Positions 37,979 through 46,448 of a stretch of DNA of 64,000 bases are shown one piece after another. Location of the stretch: contig JANYBW010000054.1 of NCBI GenBank assembly GCA_025360585.1, positions 25,847 to 89,846 of the forward strand. Reading direction: 5' to 3'. A model generated the notes under the pieces. The model made no database searches. It saw only the letters and a list, made by a program, of their open reading frames with translations, and was not told the DNA's origin. This stretch comes from Actinomycetes bacterium. GTDB lineage: Bacteria > Actinomycetota > Acidimicrobiia > IMCC26256 > PALSA-610. The stretch's first letter is position 1. Each line of letters starts with the position of its first letter. A program made the position numbers and the translations under genes.

Positions 37979-40029
37979 TTTTCGTTCGCCATCCGGGATC
38001 GATCGATGGCCAGACGCTCAAAGATCTGGTGGGAGTCGTTGGGTGCTTGATTGGTGGTCCACGTGCCGTTCGCGGCGAGGATCCAAGCCGTCGTATCGGG
38101 CGCGATACCTATGTTGAGCACCAGTTCGATGCGGTTTCGTTCGGAAGCTCCGTCGATGCGCGTGAGCACTTCTACCCGGCGGTCCAGGTTGCGCGGCATC
38201 AAATCTGCGGACCCAATAAAAATATCTGAAGTTGCTCCCGCGCCGAAGACGTAGATACGGGAATGTTCGAGATTCTTGCCGAGAATCGATCGGACGTTGA
38301 TGGTTTCTGACAGTCCCGGTACCCCCGGGCGGAGGCAACAAACTCCGCGCACGATGAGATCTATGTGCGCGCCGGCTTGGGATGCTGCGTAGAGCGCGTC
38401 GACCATTTCGAGATCTACGAGCGCATTCATCTTCATGATGATGCGACCCTGCGGATGGGCTTGGTTGCCAATGCGTTCGAGGATGTCGTTGCGTAGCGCT
38501 CCAGGGGCAACGATGAAACGGCGATAGTCGCGCGGGCGGCTGAAGCCCGTGAGGTAGTTGAAGAGTTCTGCAACGTCCGCGCTGAGGTCAGGCTCTGCGC
38601 TGAACAAACCGATATCCTCATAGATCTGTGCCGTTTTAGGGTTGTAGTTCCCGGTACCGACATGGCAGTAGCGGCGTAAGCCGTCGGCTTCGCGGCGCAC
38701 GACCAACAGAATTTTGGCGTGGGTCTTCAGACCGACGATGCCGTACACGACGTGCACGCCGGCTTCTTCAAGCATTCGCGCTCGCTCGACGTTTCGTTGC
38801 TCATCGCCGCGCGCGGTGATCTCGACCAACACCACGACCTGTTTGCCCGCGAGTGCGGCCTGGGCGAGTGAGGCTGCGATTCCCTCTTCATCGCCGCCGG
38901 TTCGGTACAGCGTTTGTTTAATGGCCAAGACGTCGGGGTCGCGGGCTGCATGGTCGACGAATGCCTCGACGGTTGTTGCGAACGCGTCGTATGGGTGCTG
39001 CACCAAAATGTCGTGATCGCGCAGCTCGGCGAAAAACCCATTGGCGCTTTTGGAGAACTCCGGGGGTGTCTGCGGCCGGTAGGTAGGAAACTTCAGCTCG
39101 GGTCGGTCAAGATCGTGGAGTTCTGTGAGTGCGGCGAGATCGAGCGGACCCTGGATGCGATAGCAATCGCGTTCGGAGAGCTCGAGTTCATCGAGCACGA
39201 GTTGCACGATCGGGGCTGGGGTCCGCTCGTCGATTTCGAGCCGCACGGCGCGGCCGAATTTGGTCTGGCGTTGCAAGATGAGTTCGACTGCTTCGAGCAA
39301 GTCTTCGGAATCATCCGAGAGGTCGATTTCGACGTCGCGGGTCACGCGGAACGCGTGGCTCGCAATGATTTCCATTCCGGGAAATAACGTATCGAGGTTG
39401 CCTGAAATCACTTCTTCGATCGTGACGAAACGCGCTCCGCTATCGATGGAAATGAATCGGGGCAATGACGGCGGAACCTTGACTCGCGCGAATCGTTCCT
39501 CTCCGGAACTTGGATTGCGAACCATGACTCCGAGGTTGAGCGAAACGTTGCTCACATAGGGAAATGGATGCGAAGGATCGACGGCGAGCGGTGTGAGGAC
39601 GGGGTAGATCTCGTCATCGAATGTCGCGCAGAGAATTTCTCGATCGGTTGTTTCGAGTTCGTGCCACTGCGCAAACCCGATTCCAGCCCCGGCTAACGCC
39701 GGAACGATCGCTTGCGCGAACACTTTCGTTTGGTGATCGACTAGCTCCGCGGCCCGAACGCGTATCGCGGCAAGTTGTTTGCGAATGCTCGACGCGCTCG
39801 CGCCCGGCACGTCGGCGCGTTCTTTGAGTGCGGCAACCCTCGTCTGGAAATACTCATCAAGGTTGGAGGCGAAGATCGCGAGAAACTTCGCTCGCTCCAG
39901 CGTCGGGGTCTCAGCAGATTCGCAGAGTGCGAGTACCCGGGCATCGAAATCCAACCAGGAGAGCTCCCGATCGATGTACCGATCGTCGTCGGGAATGGGG
40001 TTTCCAACGGTTGTCGCCAAAACGGTCAT
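37975..40029 (-). CDS. ppk1: polyphosphate kinase 1
   Basis: YIDRELSWLDFDARVL N-terminus, autophosphorylation region KTHAKILLVVRRE, and two PLD-like C-terminal domains. Start taken at MTVLATT (40029). The ORF track extends to 40194. Confidence 0.92.
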   Translation of the reverse strand: MTVLATTVGNPIPDDDRYIDRELSWLDFDARVLALCESAETPTLERAKFLAIFASNLDEYFQTRVAALKERADVPGASASSIRKQLAAIRVRAAELVDHQTKVFAQAIVPALAGAGIGFAQWHELETTDREILCATFDDEIYPVLTPLAVDPSHPFPYVSNVSLNLGVMVRNPSSGEERFARVKVPPSLPRFISIDSGARFVTIEEVISGNLDTLFPGMEIIASHAFRVTRDVEIDLSDDSEDLLEAVELILQRQTKFGRAVRLEIDERTPAPIVQLVLDELELSERDCYRIQGPLDLAALTELHDLDRPELKFPTYRPQTPPEFSKSANGFFAELRDHDILVQHPYDAFATTVEAFVDHAARDPDVLAIKQTLYRTGGDEEGIAASLAQAALAGKQVVVLVEITARGDEQRNVERARMLEEAGVHVVYGIVGLKTHAKILLVVRREADGLRRYCHVGTGNYNPKTAQIYEDIGLFSAEPDLSADVAELFNYLTGFSRPRDYRRFIVAPGALRNDILERIGNQAHPQGRIIMKMNALVDLEMVDALYAASQAGAHIDLIVRGVCCLRPGVPGLSETINVRSILGKNLEHSRIYVFGAGATSDIFIGSADLMPRNLDRRVEVLTRIDGASERNRIELVLNIGIAPDTTAWILAANGTWTTNQAPNDSHQIFERLAIDRSRMANEK

Positions 40030-40181
40030 CGCCCCATCGTAATTGGTAGTTCGCCGCGGCCGATACGAGTAACGGTTCGACGGTAACCTGGAACGCAACG
40101 GGCCGGCTGACCGAGGCGCGGTTCCGATGAAGCAATCCGTCTGTCTGAGGAATCCCCACGAAGAAGTATCAGTATCCGAAG

Positions 40182-41516
40182 TTGGCCAAAGCACCGAAGG
40201 GCGCCGCGGTCACGACTCCGTTTTCGCGGCTTGCGCTCACGCACGCGGTAACCGCCTGTGGTGATGTGTTTTTCACGGTGGCGTTGGCTGATTCGCTGTT
40301 TTTTTCGGCGGCCAAGGGCGCAAAAGACAAAGTGCTGCTCTACCTGTTGCTGACGATGGTGCCGTTCGCTGTCATCGCTCCATTGATGGGGCCAGTGCTG
40401 GATCGATCTCGGGGTGGTCGGCGCTTCATCATGATCGGAATCAGCGTCGCTCGGGCCGGCGTATGTTTTTTGTTAGCCGGTCACATCAAAGATTTGGCGT
40501 TGTATCCCTTGGCCTTGAGCTCGATGGTGCTCGCCAAGGCGCAAGGCATCACCAAGAGCTCCTTAGTGCCGTCATTGGTGAACGACCGATCTGAGCTCGT
40601 GCAAGCAAACTCGCGGCTCGCGCTCTTGGGGATTCTCGCCGGTATCGCCGGCGCGCCGTTCGCGGGTGGAATCCTTAAATTGTTCGGCGGCGATTGGGTA
40701 TTGCGGGTCGGTGCAATTGCGTACCTCGTTGCCGCGATATTCGCGATCCGGCTCCCGCGCGTCACGGTTATCGCGGACCAAGAAACCCGCGACCAACGGG
40801 CATCACTACACATACCGTCGATTACCGCCGCGGGCAACGCGATGGGTTTCGTTCGCGCCGTGGTCGGGTTCATGACTTTTTTCGGCGCCTTCATATTAAA
40901 AGCAGAGCATCGCAACGCGGGCGTGTTCGGGTTGTTGATCGGTGCGAGCGCGCTGGGAAATGGCATCGGCACACTCATCGCGACTCCTTTGCGGCGGCGG
41001 TTCCGTGAAGAACGGATATTGGGGGCATCAATCACGCTTCCTGCGATACTGATGATTTTCGTCGCTCGGTGGTACGGGGTGCCGTCGTTGCTGATTGCAG
41101 GTGCGATGATTGCGGGCTCGGCGGCGTGCGCTCGACTTGCGTTCGACAGCATCTTGCAGCGCGACGCATCGGAGTCGGTTCGCGGTCGTGCGATTGCTCG
41201 ATTCGAAACGCACTTCCAACTGTTGTGGGTTGCGGGAGGCGTGGTTGCCGTCGCCTTGCCTTTTGGAAACAACATTTCCGGCAAAGGTGGCCTGTTTCTC
41301 GTCGCGATCGTGATGTTGTTCGCGGGCTTCGCGTATCTCGGTGCTGTCGTTCGGCTCGATCAGGCAAGCCGCGATCAAGTGAGCGGCGACCAGGTGGTTC
41401 GTAACCAGGTGAGTCGCGACCAGGCAAGCCGTGATCAAGTGAGCGGCGACCAGGTGAGTCGCGAACGGGAAGCCGAGCCCGTTCGGCATCGGCCGGTTAC
41501 TGATCGTCGAGATTGA
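40182..41516 (+). CDS. MFS transporter with a repetitive C-terminal tail
   Basis: About 12 hydrophobic segments and a loop motif GPVLDRSRGGRR between TM2 and TM3. TTG start. The C-terminal tail is (Q/D)(A/V)SRDQVSGDQV repeats. Confidence 0.72.
   Translation: MAKAPKGAAVTTPFSRLALTHAVTACGDVFFTVALADSLFFSAAKGAKDKVLLYLLLTMVPFAVIAPLMGPVLDRSRGGRRFIMIGISVARAGVCFLLAGHIKDLALYPLALSSMVLAKAQGITKSSLVPSLVNDRSELVQANSRLALLGILAGIAGAPFAGGILKLFGGDWVLRVGAIAYLVAAIFAIRLPRVTVIADQETRDQRASLHIPSITAAGNAMGFVRAVVGFMTFFGAFILKAEHRNAGVFGLLIGASALGNGIGTLIATPLRRRFREERILGASITLPAILMIFVARWYGVPSLLIAGAMIAGSAACARLAFDSILQRDASESVRGRAIARFETHFQLLWVAGGVVAVALPFGNNISGKGGLFLVAIVMLFAGFAYLGAVVRLDQASRDQVSGDQVVRNQVSRDQASRDQVSGDQVSREREAEPVRHRPVTDRRD
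41361..41466. repeat. in-frame tandem duplication (60-nt period built from 12-15-nt subrepeats) in the MFS tail
   Basis: caggcaagccg(c/t)gatcaagtgagcggcgaccaggtg occurs at 41361 and again at 41421. GACCAGGTGAG-type subunits lie between the two copies. Confidence 0.8.
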
Positions 41517-42843
41517 GTTCGAGGCGGGCGAGCCACAATCCTGGAGCTTCAAATTCAGCTGGCGTCGGTAGGTGGGTTTCGCGTTCCCACAGGCGATTGA
41601 GCGCATCGATACCGGCGCGCTCAATGACACCTGCGCAAAACGCGTGACCGCGTTCGTAGTCCTCGCGGCCGAGTTGCAAACCCAACATGAGATCGACGAA
41701 ATCGGCCGCGGCGCCCCGCTCTACTCGATGCCTCCGCAAGGCTTCTTCGATACGGCTCTGGTTCGGCCCAGAATGCCCGCTGACGGTGTCGATGATCGCG
41801 TCGGCGTACCCCTCAAGGATTGCGCCAAACCGTTGGAGTAACTCGAGCACTGGTCCCTGGCGTTCGGTGCGCATCCCAGCGAGCAGCTCGGTGGGCTCGA
41901 TCTGCAAACCCGGAAGCTCGCCTGATTGCATTTTTTCGATCAGTTCGAACGGATTGAATTCGCCGTTGCCAGCATCGAGCTCGGTGAATTCCTCGGGTAG
42001 CTGCGCTTCGAACGCCTCCACTCGGAGCTCATAACCGTCCACATATTCGGTGGCCAAGCGGACGAGTCGTTCTCTGACCCACGGCACGGACCGCTGGGCT
42101 GCGTGCACCGTCTCGCGCACGACGAGCGCGTAACTCAATTCGTCGAACGGCAACGACCAATCATGGGCGAATTGCTCAATGTTTGAAACCACAAACGCGA
42201 GTTGGGGCGTGGCCGCCAACGGTAACGGCAAATCGTATTGACCGAGCGCGTGATGCGACAACAATCCGGCAAGCGAGCCGGCTTGAAACCCAAACAACAT
42301 CGGTGTGATCGACCCGAGGATTTGACCCATCATTTCTGCGTTTTCGTCGCCGCCGAAACCATCAGGCATTGATGCAACGCCCATGTTGGTGCTCATGCGG
42401 CCCGCCAATGATTCCAATACCGGCTTCAGACCATCGAGCGTGACGATGGTCCAGTCGTGCCTGGTCACCGAGCGGGTTGGGACGCTGGTGCTTTCGGCGA
42501 GGCCGGTGGTCGCCGCAACGTTCGCCTGCGCGGCGAGTACCAGCGCGTCGATGTACGCGGCGCGTTGCGGATCAACCGCAGGATCGGGACGCTGATGTTG
42601 CGCGTTGGGGTCGTTGACCGCGAGTTGCATACCGTCACTGTCACGAAATTCATCGGGGTCTTGCGTGCATATCTGGGCGGCGATTTGGCGGGCCGCATCC
42701 CAGTTCACCGGCCCCGTCGATTGCGACTGCAGCATCGCAAACAGGGCATTGAGGTCGAGGCCCTCGGGGCCTCCATTGGCATCTCCACTGGCATCTCCAC
42801 TGGGGCCAAAATTGGGGCCAAACGGCCAATTTTCGTCGTCCAT
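41497..42843 (-). CDS. DUF2342-type zincin-like protein (putative metalloprotease family)
   Basis: N-terminus MDDENWPFGPNFGP...VNWDAARQIA and the overall layout recall the actinobacterial DUF2342/TIGR03624 family. ATG 42843 chosen. The 5' part of ORF 41497-43236 is antisense to the epimerase gene. Confidence 0.65.
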   Translation of the reverse strand: MDDENWPFGPNFGPSGDASGDANGGPEGLDLNALFAMLQSQSTGPVNWDAARQIAAQICTQDPDEFRDSDGMQLAVNDPNAQHQRPDPAVDPQRAAYIDALVLAAQANVAATTGLAESTSVPTRSVTRHDWTIVTLDGLKPVLESLAGRMSTNMGVASMPDGFGGDENAEMMGQILGSITPMLFGFQAGSLAGLLSHHALGQYDLPLPLAATPQLAFVVSNIEQFAHDWSLPFDELSYALVVRETVHAAQRSVPWVRERLVRLATEYVDGYELRVEAFEAQLPEEFTELDAGNGEFNPFELIEKMQSGELPGLQIEPTELLAGMRTERQGPVLELLQRFGAILEGYADAIIDTVSGHSGPNQSRIEEALRRHRVERGAAADFVDLMLGLQLGREDYERGHAFCAGVIERAGIDALNRLWERETHLPTPAEFEAPGLWLARLELNLDDQ

Positions 42844-42880
42844 TTGGTTTTCACTGCTCACGGAATCCACTCTATGGGGC

Positions 42881-43945
42881 ATGGAACCCGAAATTGCTTC
42901 GCTCAAACCACAACCCGTGTCACCCACAACGGTGGTGATCACCGGCGTTTCGGGCCTCATCGGCCAGCGGCTGCTGCCGTCGGTCGAAGCCGTTGTCGGC
43001 ATCGAACACATCGTCGGGCTCGATACTCGCGAACCACAGCGCCGAGTAAAAGCGCTCGAAGTGCATTTGGTCGATCTTGTGACGGCAGACATCGCAGCAC
43101 TATTGAAGGGCGCCGATGTTGTCGTGCACCTCGGCGGGATCGTGGGCCCTGCGAGCGATGCGGAACTCGCGCGGCGCGTGAACATCGACGGGACCCGTGC
43201 ACTGTTGACCGCAATGAATGAAGCCGGCGTGCACAAGATCGTTCGGCCTTCGAGCGCCGCGGTCTACGGCGCTTGGCTGAATAATGCTTTGCCACTCACC
43301 GAAGACGCTCAGATTCGTCCGAACGGTGGGTACCAACCCGCGCTGCTCGACGCCGAGTGTGAACGATGCATTGCTGACTGGGCTGCAAGCGACTCTGCGA
43401 ATATCGCCACGATCTTGCGCCTGGCGCCGGTCGTTGGCTCTGGTGCTCGTTCAGTCTTCGCTCGAGCCGCGGTCGGGCGCCCGCCGGCAGTGGTGCGGGG
43501 GAGCAAAATACCCACTCAAGTTGTGCACGTCGACGATGTCGCGAGCGCAATCACCTACGCCATCGAACACGACCTTCGTGGGGTCTACAACGTGGCCGCG
43601 GATGGCTGGCTTGATCACGACGACGCAGCTGCCGTTGCTCCGCACCGCCTTCCACCGGCCGTGCCCCAAGACGTAGCTCACACCGCGCTGAACGCAATGT
43701 GGTCGAGCGGGATTGGCGATGCGCCGCCGGAAGTTATGCCGTATTTGATGCACGCGTGGGTTATCAGCAATGAAAAACTCAAAGCCGCGGGTTGGGCTCC
43801 GAAACACACGAATGAAGAAGCGATCCTGCTTGCCGGAGATCCCGATGCGCGGCGTCGGCCGCTGCCGTGGATAGCCGCGGTCGGTGCGGTGCTCGGTGGA
43901 GCGGGTGGGGCTACGTGGTGGCTAACGCGCCGTCGTCAACGCTGA
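42881..43945 (+). CDS. NAD-dependent epimerase/dehydratase (SDR) with a C-terminal transmembrane anchor
   Basis: Rossmann motif VVITGVSGLIGQRL, with SSAAVYG and a Y...K region. C-terminal hydrophobic tail PLPWIAAVGAVLGGAGGATWWLTRRR. Confidence 0.8.
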   Translation: MEPEIASLKPQPVSPTTVVITGVSGLIGQRLLPSVEAVVGIEHIVGLDTREPQRRVKALEVHLVDLVTADIAALLKGADVVVHLGGIVGPASDAELARRVNIDGTRALLTAMNEAGVHKIVRPSSAAVYGAWLNNALPLTEDAQIRPNGGYQPALLDAECERCIADWAASDSANIATILRLAPVVGSGARSVFARAAVGRPPAVVRGSKIPTQVVHVDDVASAITYAIEHDLRGVYNVAADGWLDHDDAAAVAPHRLPPAVPQDVAHTALNAMWSSGIGDAPPEVMPYLMHAWVISNEKLKAAGWAPKHTNEEAILLAGDPDARRRPLPWIAAVGAVLGGAGGATWWLTRRRQR

Positions 43946-45007
43946 GCCCGCCGCGCTCAGGACTTCGGCGTTTGCGGATTTCCATTCGCTCCACTCGGGC
44001 GTGAAATAACGCAGCCGAACCTTTTTGTATTCTTTAATCGACCACAACAGCGCGTACTCCGAAACGCCGGTTTCGGTGCTGATCGCATCGATGGTTGCCT
44101 CGCAATCGCGAGCACTCCGGCCGTGCACCATAGTGAAGACGGAATAGGGCCAATCGTCGTAGGTTGGGCGTCGGTAACAGTGTGATACTGCGGCAAATCC
44201 CGCCATATATGGCCCAATTTCATTGAGCTTTTCGTCGGGAACGGCCCATACGCCCATGGCATTCGCTTTGAAACCCGCGGTACGGTGATTCATGACTGCG
44301 GCGAAACGGCGCATCCATTTTTTGTCTTTGAAATGTTGGAGCATTGCAAGCATCTGTTCGCCATCGAAGCCAACCTCGGCGCCGTACGTGGCGAATGGTT
44401 CGTTGCACAGCGGGAGGTCTTCTTGCGCGATGCGAATGACGTCCGTTTCGATTTGTGTGAGCTCCGGCACTTCCATATCCGCACGACGCTCGGGGGTTTC
44501 GTGGGCAAGAACTTCGGCCTTCGCATTTGCTGCAGTTTGGCCAGTCATGTCGAGTTTCACGCCGATTTTGTACAGTGTGATCGTCGGGAGCTTGCGGGTG
44601 ACGGTCGCCCGTGAATTGCGGTGGAGTACCTCAAGATGGGTGTCAAAATCTTCACCGGGCGGAACGGCGAGCGTGTACCAAAGGTTGTAGTCGTGGTTGC
44701 GTTTGTAGTTGTGCGACACGCCGGGATGCTCACTGACGAGCGCGGCGCCGTCATCAATATCTTCGGCCGCGATCTTGGCTGCGATGAGCGCGGATTGGTA
44801 GCCCAGAGCGCGCGTGTCGAAGATCGCGGAAAGTTGACGCAAAATGCCGAGTTCCTTGACACGGGTGCAACGGTCAATAGTTTCGGATTCCGAAATCCCC
44901 AATCGTTCGCCAATGTGCGCGAACGGTCGGGTGGTGAGCGGAAAGTCCCATTGCAATGCGTTGAGGAGTTCCCGGTCAACGTCGTTCAGTTCCGAATCAG
45001 ACATCAC
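43922..45007 (-). CDS. fused AsnC-type siroheme decarboxylase homolog (AhbA/AhbB, NirD/L-like)
   Basis: Two tandem halves. The first has LDRELLNALQWDFPL..RPF and EHPGVSHNYKRNHDYNLWYTL. The second has DVIRIAQEDLPL and AVSHCYRRPTYDDWPYSVFTMVHG. Confidence 0.75.
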   Translation of the reverse strand: MMSDSELNDVDRELLNALQWDFPLTTRPFAHIGERLGISESETIDRCTRVKELGILRQLSAIFDTRALGYQSALIAAKIAAEDIDDGAALVSEHPGVSHNYKRNHDYNLWYTLAVPPGEDFDTHLEVLHRNSRATVTRKLPTITLYKIGVKLDMTGQTAANAKAEVLAHETPERRADMEVPELTQIETDVIRIAQEDLPLCNEPFATYGAEVGFDGEQMLAMLQHFKDKKWMRRFAAVMNHRTAGFKANAMGVWAVPDEKLNEIGPYMAGFAAVSHCYRRPTYDDWPYSVFTMVHGRSARDCEATIDAISTETGVSEYALLWSIKEYKKVRLRYFTPEWSEWKSANAEVLSAAGSALTTAR

Positions 45008-45043
45008 CCATGCTCGCGCACGAACCCTGGCCGCCGCCGATTC

Positions 45044-46336
45044 TCAACGCAATGGCGTTGGTGAAGATACCGTCGTCGTGGCGTTGATCGTGGCGCTCGT
45101 TGGTGGGTTTGCTGTTGGCGAGGTATTGGCGTTGCTTGTGGGCGAGGTTGTTGCCGGTTTGGGCGGCGGAGTCGTGAGGCTGGCAGGGCCAGTTGGTGAC
45201 GTAACCGCCGTCATGGTCAGCTTCAAGGAAAGTTCGCCTCGCTGCACGACGATGTCGATTTTGTCCAGTGCCCAGCGCCACCGAACGAGCGCCTGAACGT
45301 CGGCGACGGAGTACACGTTCCGGCCGTTGATGGAACGGATGAGATCACCGCGCACCATCCCAGCGATGAATGCCGGGCTCGATGCATCAACCTTGTGCAC
45401 GACTGGCCCGGCGGCTGAGTTGCCGCTGCGGAGACCGATCCAGGCATGGTCGGTCATCGGCGTTGCTCGTAACTGCGTGAGCACCTCGCGTGCATAGTCG
45501 ATCGGTATTGCTCCGGCGGCTCCCGCGAGCACAACGCCGGCAACCCGGCCTTGACCGTCAACGAGTGCAGAGCCTGGCTCGGCATAGCTCTGGAGCGCGT
45601 TCGTGACCAGCAAGTTCGGCACCGCAACCCCGTTGCCGTCGACCAACACGGACTTCGTAACGTTTACAATGCCTTCGCCAATGGCGTTTCCCGGACCGAC
45701 AACAATCACTGAGTTGCTGGGCGACGGCGCGGTCTTGGCCAAACTTGCGGCGGGAATATCAAGATTCGCGGTGATGAACGCGAGCCCGCTGATGGTGTCG
45801 CTTCCGAGCAGCGTTGCGGGAACCTCGTCGCCTTTGGCGTCGGTGATCGTGATGGTGCCGATATTGCTTGCCACGAGCGAGGTCGTTACGAACACGCCAC
45901 CGTGTTCGATCGCTATCGCCGCTGCACGCGAGGGCCCGGTGGTCGTCGGATACGTCACTTCAACGATCGAAGGGCGAACCGCCGCTGCAGCATCGGTACG
46001 TGCAGCATCTTTGGCGACGGCCAACAGCCGGTCTCTGACGGTGGGCTTTGCCTTTCCGGACAACAATCCGGAAAATCCGAGGATGCCAACGGTGAGGATG
46101 GATCCAACCATCGCGCTGGTGAGCGCTAACGCTGTGAGTCTGCCCCACCCCAAATTGCCGGCCTCGCGAGCCCGATGGTGGACGGAATTTCGGCCCGGAA
46201 GTTCGGCGGGGTGGCGCCACTCCCGATCGAGTGGATCTGGGCGCTGCGACTTGGGTGAAGCCGGTCGTGGCGACTTGGGTGAAGATCGCCCGCTGGTCTC
46301 ACCGGGCGCTGGGATATCGGCAGCGTCGTCGGTCAT
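45044..46336 (-). CDS. HtrA-like trypsin-fold plus PDZ protein with a degenerate catalytic triad
   Basis: Aligns without gaps to the htrA paralog at 27025. His is replaced by Leu (TTSLVA vs TNAHVV), Asp by Gly (SGLAF vs HDLAV), and the Ser loop is shortened (PGSALV vs PGNSGGPLV). A PDZ domain and a transmembrane helix are present. ATG 46336 chosen to avoid overlap with moaE. Confidence 0.65.
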   Translation of the reverse strand: MTDDAADIPAPGETSGRSSPKSPRPASPKSQRPDPLDREWRHPAELPGRNSVHHRAREAGNLGWGRLTALALTSAMVGSILTVGILGFSGLLSGKAKPTVRDRLLAVAKDAARTDAAAAVRPSIVEVTYPTTTGPSRAAAIAIEHGGVFVTTSLVASNIGTITITDAKGDEVPATLLGSDTISGLAFITANLDIPAASLAKTAPSPSNSVIVVGPGNAIGEGIVNVTKSVLVDGNGVAVPNLLVTNALQSYAEPGSALVDGQGRVAGVVLAGAAGAIPIDYAREVLTQLRATPMTDHAWIGLRSGNSAAGPVVHKVDASSPAFIAGMVRGDLIRSINGRNVYSVADVQALVRWRWALDKIDIVVQRGELSLKLTMTAVTSPTGPASLTTPPPKPATTSPTSNANTSPTANPPTSATINATTTVSSPTPLR

Positions 46337-46448
46337 GGCGAAATTCGGAACCACTGCGGCGAGATCACATGAAGGAGTGTAGAGAGCAGATGATGCTCGG
46401 GTAGGGCGCGACCGGGACAATCTCCGTCTAGCTTCATACACTGAACCT

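Noticed and set aside
42844-43236. 5' extension of ORF 41497-43236, and the corresponding 5' extension of ORF 42605-43945.
   Set aside because: Each extension is antisense to the other gene's real coding region. The internal starts at 42843 and 42881 give divergent genes separated by 37 nt with family-typical N-termini.
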